Below the pieces are notes generated by a model that was given only the letters and a program-made list of their open reading frames with translations, ran no database searches and was not told the DNA's origin. Made by a program: the position numbers and the translations under genes. Shown here piece after piece: positions 9,763 through 19,163 of a stretch of 64,000 bases of DNA. Within the stretch, counting starts at the first letter, position 1. Every line of letters begins with the position of its first letter. The stretch comes from Spirochaetia bacterium (lineage in GTDB: Bacteria > Spirochaetota > Spirochaetia > SZUA-6 > Bin103), in contig CBDAOI010000004.1 of assembly GCA_965198005.1 (NCBI GenBank), positions 1,312,001 to 1,376,000 on the forward strand. The letters are read 5' to 3'.

Positions 9763-10767
9763 ATGAGAGCCTATCTCATCAGGCGGCTATTGTTGATCAT
9801 CCCCACCTTGTGGATATTGACCATCATAGTCTTTCTCTCGGTCCGCTTCATCCCTGGCGATATGGTAGACACACTGGCGGCTCAGATTATGGCGCAGGGT
9901 ACGGGTGACTATATAGACCGTGAAGCTATGGAGCGTATGCTGGGATTAGACGTGCCTGTCTACGTGCAGTATGGACGCTGGATAGGAGTGTTGCCGACCC
10001 CTGACTGGGCTACCGGTGAGTCCCACGTTAGAGGTCTCCTCCAGGGCACCCTTGGCGAATCACTGTGGGGCGGTTGGCCGGCAGAGAAGAGTCTAATAAG
10101 TAGATTGCCAGTAACCATTGAGCTTGGTGTTCTGTCAATCGTAATCGGGCTCGTCATCGCCCTGCCCGTCGGCATCTACTCGGCGGTTCGCCAGGATACC
10201 GCCGCCGACTACCTGGGGCGCACCATCGCCATCATCGGCCTGGCCACGCCCAACTTCTGGCTGGCCTTGATGGTCCTGCTCTACCCGGTATTGTGGTGGG
10301 GCTGGGCACCGCCGCTGGAATGGGTTCCTTTCACCGAGGACCCGCTGGGGAATCTCGAGATGTTCCTCATTCCCAGCTTGATTCTGGGGACGGCCATGGC
10401 CGCTGCCACCATGCGGATGTCACGCACCATGATGCTCGAGGTGCTCCGGCAGGACTATATCCGAACGGCCTGGTCCAAGGGACTCAAGGAGCGGGTCGTG
10501 GTGATCCGGCACGCCATCAAGAATGCCCTCATCCCGGTAGTTACGCTCGTAGGCCTGCAGCTCCCCCTCCTGGTAGGTGGCTCCGTTATCATGGAGGAAA
10601 TATTTAACCTGCCGGGGATAGGTCGTATGTTTCTGGATGCCCTCGATCGAAGAGACTACCCGGTGGTCCAAGGTGTAAACCTGTTTTTATCCGCGTTCGT
10701 TATGTTTAACATTCTACTTATCGACATGATTTATCCTTATTTAGACCCCAGGGTCCGCTACAGATAA
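9763..10767 (+). CDS. ABC permease (OppB-like)
   Basis: Paralogue of 3069-4082 with the same motifs. Confidence 0.93.
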   Translation: MRAYLIRRLLLIIPTLWILTIIVFLSVRFIPGDMVDTLAAQIMAQGTGDYIDREAMERMLGLDVPVYVQYGRWIGVLPTPDWATGESHVRGLLQGTLGESLWGGWPAEKSLISRLPVTIELGVLSIVIGLVIALPVGIYSAVRQDTAADYLGRTIAIIGLATPNFWLALMVLLYPVLWWGWAPPLEWVPFTEDPLGNLEMFLIPSLILGTAMAAATMRMSRTMMLEVLRQDYIRTAWSKGLKERVVVIRHAIKNALIPVVTLVGLQLPLLVGGSVIMEEIFNLPGIGRMFLDALDRRDYPVVQGVNLFLSAFVMFNILLIDMIYPYLDPRVRYR

Positions 10768-11709
10768 ATGGGGAACACGAGTGACGCTATAGGGGTACCA
10801 TCAGTAGTGATTGCAGCGAAGAGACGTTCCCGGCTGGCTGATTTCTTTACCAGACTGGTGAAGGATAAGCCACTGGGTACTACCTGCGGGATTGTCATAT
10901 TGATATTGATTTTTGTCAGTATCTTTGGCGGTGTTTTGGCCCCTTATCCCTATAAGGAAATACACATGGTAGACAGGCTGCAGGGCCCATCAGCCCAGTA
11001 TCTTCTGGGTACCGACCAGTTGGGGCGAGATTTATTCAGCCGCCTTATCTTCGGGGCTCGTATTTCGTTACTTGTCGGTCTGGCAGTGACCGTGCTCAAT
11101 GTGGTCATCGCTGTCCTGATCGGCGGCACTTCCGGATTCTTTGGGGGTAAATTGGACTTGGCGGTGCAGCGCTTTGTTGATGCCTGGATCGCCTTTCCGG
11201 GACTGCTGCTCTTGCTCACCATCCTGTCCATTGTGGGAGAGGGTCTCCTCCAGATCATCGTGATCCTGGGGATCGCCGGAGGCATCAGCGGCTCGAGAGT
11301 CATGAGAAGCGCCGTGATCGGTATCAAGGAGAATGACTTTTTTCTGGCGGCTCAGGCCGTGGGCACCCCCACGAGCAAAATCCTGAGCCACCATGTCCTG
11401 CCCAACATCATGGCACCGGCCATCATTGTATTCTCGATCAACATCGGGGGGGTGATTCTGTCCTTGGCTTCTCTGGGCTTCCTCGGCTACGGTCTGCCAC
11501 CCGGCATTCCTGACTGGGGCGGCATGCTCAGCCGGGAAGGGCGTTCCTACATGGAGCAGGCCCCCTGGGTGGCACTCTGGCCAGGGCTGTGCCTGACGAT
11601 TGTGGTGTACAGTTTCAACATGTTCGGAGATGCCGTCAGGGATCTGCTCGATCCGCGACTGCGGGGTGGCGGCGGTCGTCTCGCTGGCAGCGGCGCCACG
11701 TCGGTTTGA
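10768..11709 (+). CDS. ABC permease (OppC-like)
   Basis: LLGTDQLGRD...NMFGDAVRDLLDPR. Confidence 0.93.
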   Translation: MGNTSDAIGVPSVVIAAKRRSRLADFFTRLVKDKPLGTTCGIVILILIFVSIFGGVLAPYPYKEIHMVDRLQGPSAQYLLGTDQLGRDLFSRLIFGARISLLVGLAVTVLNVVIAVLIGGTSGFFGGKLDLAVQRFVDAWIAFPGLLLLLTILSIVGEGLLQIIVILGIAGGISGSRVMRSAVIGIKENDFFLAAQAVGTPTSKILSHHVLPNIMAPAIIVFSINIGGVILSLASLGFLGYGLPPGIPDWGGMLSREGRSYMEQAPWVALWPGLCLTIVVYSFNMFGDAVRDLLDPRLRGGGGRLAGSGATSV

Positions 11710-12474
11710 GAGAGTGCGCGTGCGTTCCGCACCCAGTATCACGCCGGATGCTCGGTGCCCTCCACCCGAGGCACCATCCGTGGCGCCACGGGTGGCATGT
11801 TGCTCCCGGCCCGCGACAGGCACGTCGTGGGCTGGGAGCCCGTCGGCCGCTCCGGAGGCGCGCCCGGAACGCGCCCGACCAGGTCGACGAGCGCCGGACT
11901 GCGGATGGGTGTGACCTAGCCGGTCAGCTCGAAGCAGCGCCAGGGCACCGTAGACCGAGTCGGCGATGTGTACAGGTACCTCATCACACGACTGACGCGT
12001 CGTCCGTTCCTGGGCCCGGTCAGACGCAATGCGCCGCCCGCACAGACACAGGCGTTCCCGCGCCATGGAGGACAAGCGTGCGGCTGCCCTGTGCACAGCG
12101 GCTGTGCTCTGGACAGCTTGGGCGCGTCCGGAGGGAGCTGCATTTCCGGCATCGCGACGCCGAAACTGACTCGACCAGCGCGCCAGGTATTCGCCGGGGC
12201 GACCGTCGGCTAGGCGGCGCGCCCGAGGAAGTGGCCTCGTTGGGAGACTTGGTTTGCAGCCCGATCTGTCAGCTCACCTCTTTCTCGAGCCGTTGGCTGA
12301 TATATTCCAGCACCGCGGCGGCCATCAGACCCGGGCTAGTCTGTATAAGCCCTTATAGACACGATAACTATGAGGCTATCACAGAGATATATCGATCATC
12401 GGAGAGAGCGCCTACTGTTAGAGTTACGCCTATAGATCTGTATATATTCTTGCGCCGGCCCTTAGGAGAACTTA

Positions 12475-12705
12475 ATGACCGAACATGAACGAATCGTTCT
12501 GACGAAAGACCTTCCAGACTACGGACTGCAGGCCGGCGATGTCGGCACGATCGTGCACGTGTATGAAGGTGCGAAGGCCTTCGAGGTCGAGTTTGTGGCA
12601 CTCAGCGGAAAGACGATCGCGGTAGCCACGGTACCGTCTGATCAGACCCGTGCGATACGCGAAGACGAGATTAACCACGCTCGAACTATGACTGCATCTG
12701 GATAA
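12475..12705 (+). CDS. DUF4926-like small protein
   Basis: IVLTKDLPDYGLQAGDVGTIVHVY..AFEVEF; SD AGGAG upstream. Confidence 0.75.
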   Translation: MTEHERIVLTKDLPDYGLQAGDVGTIVHVYEGAKAFEVEFVALSGKTIAVATVPSDQTRAIREDEINHARTMTASG

Positions 12706-12882
12706 TCAGCTCTGTGTCGTTTGCTGACGCCCACCGTGCCAGCACGAGTGTCGTCGGAAAGCCCTCCCTGTGCCCGTTCCCGCCGCAGTATGGCGTGAGG
12801 CTGAAGCGAATGCGGACCGTGAGACGGATTGCCGGCGAGCCGGCGATCTTCACTGGGAAGGTCAAGATGTTGGGTATCTGGC

Positions 12883-13007
12883 TGGTTGACGCGAGTCGCA
12901 GGTCCGTGGTACGGTCGCACCGTAGAGCCATGAGCTGCCAGATTTCTTCGACGCAGGTGGTTGACGCGAGTCGCGGGTCCGTGGTACGGTCGCACAGTAA
13001 AGTCATG
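12883..13007. repeat. 75-bp tandem repeat (~1.6 units), followed by a truncated leader copy with C12 (13046-13057)
   Basis: Same unit as 7088-7226, again running into ATGCATGGCCC...CAACAAGTTAGCGCTTA-polyC. Confidence 0.88.
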
Positions 13008-13099
13008 CATGGCCCCTGTAGGCCCCCACAACAAGTTAGCGCTTACCCCCCCCCCCCTGTACCTTTTTAGAGATTAAATAGTTCGCCAGGGACTGCTAG

Positions 13100-13292
13100 A
13101 ATCCCAGGCGGGCAAGGCAGCCTACCGGGAGCGACCTTGACCCCCCTGCGCCTGGAGCGCCCGGGGGGGACGTGTGCCCCGGTAGGAGTGCCGCGATGGA
13201 TACCCGGTGAGGAGTCGTGCCAGGGAGCGAAGGAGCCAGGAGCACCGGAGCTCGAGAGCACCAGTACAGGGGCGGAACGACATCGTGGCTGC
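13100..13292 (+). ncRNA. Candidate IS110 bridge RNA
   Basis: Two stem-loops with internal loops: CCTACCGGG...CCCGGTAGG and GCCGCGATG...CATCGTGGC; loop segments match the junction sequences. Confidence 0.6.
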
Positions 13293-13320
13293 CGAGCTTA
13301 GAAATCTCGGGGGTGAGTAG

Positions 13321-14580
13321 ATGGCAACTGAACAGTGGTTCGTGGGTGTTGATTGGGCGACCGAACAGCATCAGATCTGTGTCCTAGATGGGGACGGCAA
13401 GGTGGTCGCGGAGCGCCAGGTGGCGCATAGCGGAGAGGGCATCGCCGGTCTGTGGGGGTGGTTGGACGAGCTATCCAGCGGGGACCCGACGAGGGTCCAA
13501 GCGGCGATCGAGGTGCCGCATGGACCGGTGGTCGAGATGCTGCTGGAGCACGAGGTGCAGGTGTACGCGATCAATCCGAAGCAGCTGGATCGATTTCGGG
13601 ACCGGTTTTCGGCGTCGGGCGCCAAGGATGACCGGCGCGACGCGCGGGTGTTGGCCGACTCGCTGCGGACCGATGGACGCAGCTTTCGTCAGGTGCAGCC
13701 GCAGTCACCGCAGGTGATCGAGTTGCGGGAGTGGTCGCGGATGGCTGATGAGCTGCAGCAGGAACGCAACGGGCTGAGCAATCGCCTGCGCGAGCAACTG
13801 CGCCGCTACTATCCGCAGATGGTGCAGTTGAGCAAAGGGAACAACGGTAAAGATATCGACGCGTCCTGGTTTCTAGAGCTGTTGGCGAAGGCGCTGACGC
13901 CGGCGCTGGCAGCACGGATCCGGAAAACGTCGGTGGCGGCGATCCTGAAGCGGAACCGCATCCGCCGCCACGATGCTGATAGTGTGCTGGGCATCCTGCG
14001 GCAGCAGCCGCTTGAGGTGGGGAGCGGGACGATAGCGGCGGCTACGGCGCACATCGACAGCCTGATCGCCCGGCTGAAGCTGGTCAAGCAGCAGCTCAAA
14101 CAGGCGCACCGGCGGCTTGATGAGCTGCAGGCCGAGATCCTGGCTGAGGACGGCTCCGGTCTAAAAGAAGAGCAGCGTGACGTGTCCATCCTCCGCTCCA
14201 TGCCCGGGGTCGGTCGGATCGTTCTCGCCACGCTGCTCGCCGAAGCCTCACCGGCTCTGGCTGAGCGCGACTATAGCACACTGCGCATTCTGACCGGGGT
14301 GGCGCCGGTGACCAAGCGGTCGGGGAAGAGCTGCGTGGTGATCATGCGGCGTGCCTGCAACAAGCGGCTGCGCAATGCGATGTATCACTGGGCGCGGGTA
14401 GCGATTCGGCACGATCCGGACAGTCGGGCTCGCTACGACGCGCTGCGAGCCCGCGGTCAGCGTCGTGCGCGGGCCCTGCGCACCGTCGCGGACCGGTTAC
14501 TGTCGGTGGCCTGCGCGATGCTGCGCGACCGGACCCAGTTTGATCCCCAGCACCGGGCAGAGCGACCGCTGACCGCCTGA
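13321..14580 (+). CDS. IS110-family DEDD recombinase/transposase
   Basis: FVGVDWA, AIE, AKDDRRDA; C-terminal SMPGVG and GVAPVTKRSGKS. Confidence 0.95.
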   Translation: MATEQWFVGVDWATEQHQICVLDGDGKVVAERQVAHSGEGIAGLWGWLDELSSGDPTRVQAAIEVPHGPVVEMLLEHEVQVYAINPKQLDRFRDRFSASGAKDDRRDARVLADSLRTDGRSFRQVQPQSPQVIELREWSRMADELQQERNGLSNRLREQLRRYYPQMVQLSKGNNGKDIDASWFLELLAKALTPALAARIRKTSVAAILKRNRIRRHDADSVLGILRQQPLEVGSGTIAAATAHIDSLIARLKLVKQQLKQAHRRLDELQAEILAEDGSGLKEEQRDVSILRSMPGVGRIVLATLLAEASPALAERDYSTLRILTGVAPVTKRSGKSCVVIMRRACNKRLRNAMYHWARVAIRHDPDSRARYDALRARGQRRARALRTVADRLLSVACAMLRDRTQFDPQHRAERPLTA

Positions 14581-14755
14581 TCACTGATCGCCTGATCGCC
14601 TGATCGCGGGAAGTGCGCCGGGCGGTAGCTGGTCGACGGAGCGCCCTGCTGTGAACGATGTGCGGGGTGAGGCCGCGGCGGCGGCGGAGGTTGGCGGTGG
14701 CGGGAAACGGCGTTCAGGGCCGTTTAGGGTGATCGAGGGGGGTACCCCAGGGTAT

Positions 14756-16671
14756 GAGCGCCAGGCTAACTGGCATATGACAGAGGGTGAAAGTCCCTCG
14801 GAACGAAGGAGCAGCCAATCCACGTTTCTCCGCGAGCCGTGCGTTGGCACCTGCGAGGGTGCAGGCGAAGCGTCGGCAGCGGTGCGTGCGGGCAGAGTTA
14901 TGGAGCGCCGCAAAATACGACATCTGGAGTGCCGAGACTCTGTACTCGGTCGAAGGCAACACCGGTCGAGCCAGTATGGTGAGGATCGACCGGGCTCCAC
15001 GGCGTCGAAGAACTCAGGCACGTGCGTACGTCATATACCGGGACCTGGGAGGTCTTCGGGTCGTCCCGGCGAGTCGTCGCCGGGACCGCGGAGGGAAGGC
15101 GTGAGGCTGGACCAAAGATGAACGACCCGAAGGAGTCGGACATGGGCATAGTAGCGGCGAAGCCGGCGAACAAGGGAGCGCAAGCGACTGCGGAGACGGT
15201 GGAGCGAAGGCCCATGACCAACGGGAATTCGCAAGGTCAAAGCACGGGCCGGACGCAGAGTCGGGCAACCGTGACACAGGCGGCCGAGCGGATACGGCAA
15301 TTCGTAAAGAGAGAACCGCAGGAGAAACTCACTGCGCTGCTGCACCACGTGACGCCGGAAGCGCTGCGGGTGGCCTATTACGCGCTGAAGCGTGAAGCGG
15401 CCCCGGGGGTGGACGGGATGACGTGGCGGGAGTACGAGACGGGGTTGGAAGTGCGTTTGCACGACCTGCACCGGCGAGTACACACAGGAGCGTACCGAGC
15501 GACCCCGGTACGGCGGGTCAACATCGACAAGCCGGACGGAGGCACACGACCGCTGGGGGTGGCCGCGCTGGAGGACAAGATCGTCCAGAAGGCCGTGGTG
15601 GATGTGATCCTGACACCGATCTATGAGGAGGAATTTCTCGGGATCAGCTATGGGTTTCGACCGGGGCGCGGGGCACACGATGCGTTGGACGCACTGGCCT
15701 ACGCCATCGAACGGCGCGAAGTGAACTGGATATTGGACGCGGACATTCGCGCCTACTTCGACACGATCTCGCGGGACTGGTTGATCAGATTCCTGGAGCA
15801 TCGGATTGGAGATCGGCGGGTGCTGCGGCTGATAAAGAAGTGGCTGCGCGCTGGGGTACTGGAAGAAGGCCGACAGATCGACGCGGGGCGGGGTACAGCG
15901 CAAGGGTCGGTGATTTCACCGATGCTCGCGAATATATACTTGCACTACGTGTTGGACCTGTGGGTCACCAAGAAGTGGCGGCCGCAGGAGGCGCGCGGAG
16001 ACATGATCATAGTGCGCTACGCAGATGACTATGTCGCCGGGTTCGAGCATCGTGACGATGCGGAACGCTTCCTGCGGGAACTGAAGGAGCGATTCAGAGG
16101 CTTCGAGCTGGAACTGAACGCCGACAAGACCCGACTCCTCGAGTTTGGACGGTATGCCGAAAGGAACCGCCTGGCGCGCGGAGAAGGGCGACCGGAGACG
16201 TTCGACTTTCTGGGTTTCACGCATTATTGCAGGAAGGACAGGAAAGGACGCTTCGGGCTGGGGCGGAAGCCAATTCGGAAGCGGATGAATCGTACGCTGA
16301 AGAGGATCAAGATCGAACTCCGCAGACGCATGCATGATGACGTGATGGAAACCGGGCGCTGGCTGGGACGGGTACTGCGCGGATGGCTCAACTACTACGC
16401 GGTACCCACCAGCTACCGCTACCTGCACCGATTCGTGTGGCGTCTGCGAGGAATCTGGGTAAAGATTCTACGCCGGAGGTCCCAGAAGGACCGATTCTCC
16501 TGGGCTTGGATGCTGGCGATCAGCATCAAGCTGTGGCCCCAACCCCGAATCGTACACTCATGGCCGGACCGGCGATTTGCCGTCAACCACCGAAGGTAGG
16601 AGCCGGATGGTTTAACGACCACGTCCGGATCTGTGCGGGGGGCGCCGGGTAACCGGCGTTCCTACCGCGCC
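14756..16671 (+). mobile_element. Group II intron
   Basis: 5' GAGCGCCAGG...GGGTGAAAGTCCC; domain V GAGCCGGATG...CACGTCCGGATC; domain VI ending CCTACCGCGCC; encodes RT/maturase. Confidence 0.85.
15118..16599 (+). CDS. ltrA: Group II intron reverse transcriptase/maturase, no endonuclease domain
   Basis: APGVDG, IDKPDGGTRPLGV, SYGFRPGR, QGSVISPMLANIYLH, RYADD, FDFLGF, LRGWLNYY. Confidence 0.95.
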   Translation: MNDPKESDMGIVAAKPANKGAQATAETVERRPMTNGNSQGQSTGRTQSRATVTQAAERIRQFVKREPQEKLTALLHHVTPEALRVAYYALKREAAPGVDGMTWREYETGLEVRLHDLHRRVHTGAYRATPVRRVNIDKPDGGTRPLGVAALEDKIVQKAVVDVILTPIYEEEFLGISYGFRPGRGAHDALDALAYAIERREVNWILDADIRAYFDTISRDWLIRFLEHRIGDRRVLRLIKKWLRAGVLEEGRQIDAGRGTAQGSVISPMLANIYLHYVLDLWVTKKWRPQEARGDMIIVRYADDYVAGFEHRDDAERFLRELKERFRGFELELNADKTRLLEFGRYAERNRLARGEGRPETFDFLGFTHYCRKDRKGRFGLGRKPIRKRMNRTLKRIKIELRRRMHDDVMETGRWLGRVLRGWLNYYAVPTSYRYLHRFVWRLRGIWVKILRRRSQKDRFSWAWMLAISIKLWPQPRIVHSWPDRRFAVNHRR

Positions 16672-16907
16672 CCCCCGCAGGCCTGGAGGGCCTCAGGGGG
16701 CCGCTATGAGGCCGACTTGGACGGCGAACGGCCTGCGGACGGCCAAACCGCGGCGAATGACGGCTCTGGAGAGGGCGATACGCCTGGATCGGCGCCGGGG
16801 CCGGCGCTCACGGCCGCCGCGGCTGCCCGAGCGGCGCGAACGCGACCGGCGGCGGTGAGACTGGCTGGGTAAATCCAGGCGGAGCAGCTTGACGGCCGAG
16901 GAGGTCT

Positions 16908-17843
16908 GCCGTCGCTAGCTGGTCCTGGTGTGGCGCCACTTCCATAACATCCCGCGACGTTTTGAGGAGCCTCCAGAATACCAACCCCGACGTCCAGGTG
17001 GGCCCCTGGTTTCTGCGGGGGGGTGGTGCTTTTATCCTGAACATGTACAAGCCGCCTTTTGACGACGTCAGGGTACGCCACGCTATGCAGATGGCACTGG
17101 ACCTCGAGACGATTAACGATACCTACTTTGGCGGTTTCGCAAGGCCTGAACCCATGGGGATGATAGGGTTTGCCTTCCCGGAGTATAACAGCCCATTTGA
17201 AGAGTGGCCCGAGGAGGTCAAGCAATACTGGCGCTATGACCCGGAAGGTGCCGAGAAGCTCCTTGATGAGGCTGGATATCCGCGCGGCGCGGATGGCGTT
17301 CGATTCAAGGTCACCTATGACCACCGCGACGTCTTGGATATTGGCTGGCCAGAGGTCGCAATAAGCTACTGGGCTGCGATCGGCGTTGATGTAACGATCG
17401 ATATAGTTGACACGGCTACGTGGGCCAATCGGAGGGGCCATTCGGCGTTCAGTGATACAGGAGAACTTGTCTATGAGATGTCTACTGGCGACATGGGCTT
17501 TAATCTCGCCGCTTCAAAGTTGATGAGCTGGTATCGCGATGAGAGCCCATTTTCCCGCGATTACATGGGCGGGTATGTCGAGACCGCTGAGATGACCGCC
17601 GCATATGAAGCCTTTTTCGCCGCTACCACCTTTGAGGAGCAGCAGAGGGCATTTAAAGAGTTTGATATGCTCGGGATAAAGCAGCACAATCAGATATGGC
17701 CTCCCATGGCTCCATTTTATCAGGTGGCCCAGCCGTGGGTGAAAGGCTGGAACGGTGAAATGGACGTGCTGGATGCGGGAACAAAGAGCGTCCTCATCCA
17801 CCTTTGGATTGACCAAGATCTAAAGGAAGAAATGGGATTCTGA
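16908..17843 (+). pseudogene. 3' half of a family-5 substrate-binding protein
   Basis: PPFDDVRVRHAMQMA, YDPEGAEKLLDEAGY, LWIDQDLKEEMGF*; N-terminal half and signal peptide missing. Confidence 0.85.
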
Positions 17844-18012
17844 GCAAGTCAATCGCCCTTGGGCGAGTGAAACGGGAGTCGCTGCGCGACTCCACGAGCC
17901 GGGACCACGCCTAGCAGCGGGGTCCGCGAGCGTTTTCGCGCTCGTTCTACCTGCAGAGAATGGCGCCGGGAGCCTTGAGCTTCCCGGCGCCCATTTTGTT
18001 TGCCACGAAGAT

Positions 18013-18969
18013 ATGAGAGCCTACATCATCCGGCGGCTGCTGCTGGTCATCCCCACGTTGTTCATTCTGAGCGTGTTGGTGTTCCTGTCGGTCCGCTTCC
18101 TCCCAGGCGACGTCATCGGCATCATGGCCAGCCGTATGTTGTCTGTCGGCGGCGAAGTTGACCGTGAAGCTCTTGAGCGCATGCTGGGATTAGACGTGCC
18201 TGCCTACGTGCAGTATGGACGCTGGATCGGAGATATTTTGCTGCGCGGCACCCTCGGCGAGTCGCTGCTGGGCGGCTGGCGGATCGAGGAGCGCATGCTG
18301 GGACGACTGCCGGTCACTGCCGAGCTCGGGCTGCTGGCCATCCTCATCGGCCTCGTCATGGCCCTGCCGGTTGGCATCTACTCGGCGGTGCGCCAGTACA
18401 CCGCCGCCGACTACGTGGGACGGTCGGTGGCCATCATGGGGTTGGCAACGCCCAACTTCTGGCTGGGAACGATGGTGATGATCTACCCCGCCATCTGGTG
18501 GGCGTGGTCGCCACCGATGGAGTTTTTCTCTCTCTCCGAAGACCCACTGGAGAACCTCGGCATGTTCCTCATTCCCAGCCTGATCCTGGGGACCTACCTG
18601 GCGGCCAGCACCATGCGCATGACGCGTACCATGATGCTGGAGGTGCTGCGCCAGGACTATATTCGCACCGCCTGGGCCAAGGGTCTGCTGGAGCGGTCGG
18701 TGATCCTGCGCCACGCGGTGAAGAACGCGATCATCCCGGTGGTGACGCTGGTGGGCATGCAGCTGCCGATCCTGGTGGGCGGCTCGGTGATCATCGAGAA
18801 CATCTTCAACCTGCCGGGGCTGGGGCGGCTGATGCTGGACGCCCTCAACGACCGCGACTACCCGGTGGTGTCGGCGGTGAACCTGTTCTTCGCCACGGTG
18901 GTGGTGTTCGTCAACCTGCTGACCGATCTGCTGTACGCGTCGCTGGACCCGCGGATTCGCTACGAATGA
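18013..18969 (+). CDS. ABC permease (OppB-like); partner OppC absent or reduced to a stub at ~18978
   Basis: Same motifs as the other OppB paralogues. Confidence 0.92.
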   Translation: MRAYIIRRLLLVIPTLFILSVLVFLSVRFLPGDVIGIMASRMLSVGGEVDREALERMLGLDVPAYVQYGRWIGDILLRGTLGESLLGGWRIEERMLGRLPVTAELGLLAILIGLVMALPVGIYSAVRQYTAADYVGRSVAIMGLATPNFWLGTMVMIYPAIWWAWSPPMEFFSLSEDPLENLGMFLIPSLILGTYLAASTMRMTRTMMLEVLRQDYIRTAWAKGLLERSVILRHAVKNAIIPVVTLVGMQLPILVGGSVIIENIFNLPGLGRLMLDALNDRDYPVVSAVNLFFATVVVFVNLLTDLLYASLDPRIRYE

Positions 18970-19071
18970 GAGGGCCGATGGGTGACGTATCCCGGTTGAC
19001 CCCGGCTGTCGCCGAGCCGCATGCGGCCGCGGTTGCGGCTGGGCCTGCGGCTGACCCGCCCGCTGGCCCGC

Positions 19072-19100
19072 TTGACGCCAGTGCGACGCAGGTATAAACT
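19072..19100 (+). promoter_or_regulatory. Sigma70-type promoter
   Basis: TTGACG-N17-TAAACT upstream of 19164. Confidence 0.55.
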
Positions 19101-19163
19101 CACGCCAGCTTGAGAGGGCGGCGCCGGCAACGACCCGGCGCGCTCGGGGCATTGGGGGCATTC

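Larger units (their letters stand above)
13058..16907 (+). mobile_element. IS110-family element (right end tentative) containing a group II intron
   Basis: Leader homology stops at the poly-C tract; ~260-bp non-coding left end; recombinase gene; IS110-like right-end motif CTTGACGGCCGAGGAGGTCT at 16888-16907, after which SBP coding resumes. Confidence 0.6.

Noticed and set aside
11710-12335. ORFs between cassette 2 and the DUF4926-like gene
   Set aside because: No recognisable motifs or consistent coding frame; probably degraded sequence.
14613-14617. GTGCG at 14613 as the intron 5' end
   Set aside because: The domain I-like GGGTGAAAGTCCC follows GAGCG at 14756, and exon joining there restores a hairpin. 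Not fully excluded.
15022-16599. RT as a retron, DGR or defence RT
   Set aside because: It has a maturase X domain and domains V/VI directly after the stop, so it is a group II intron protein.
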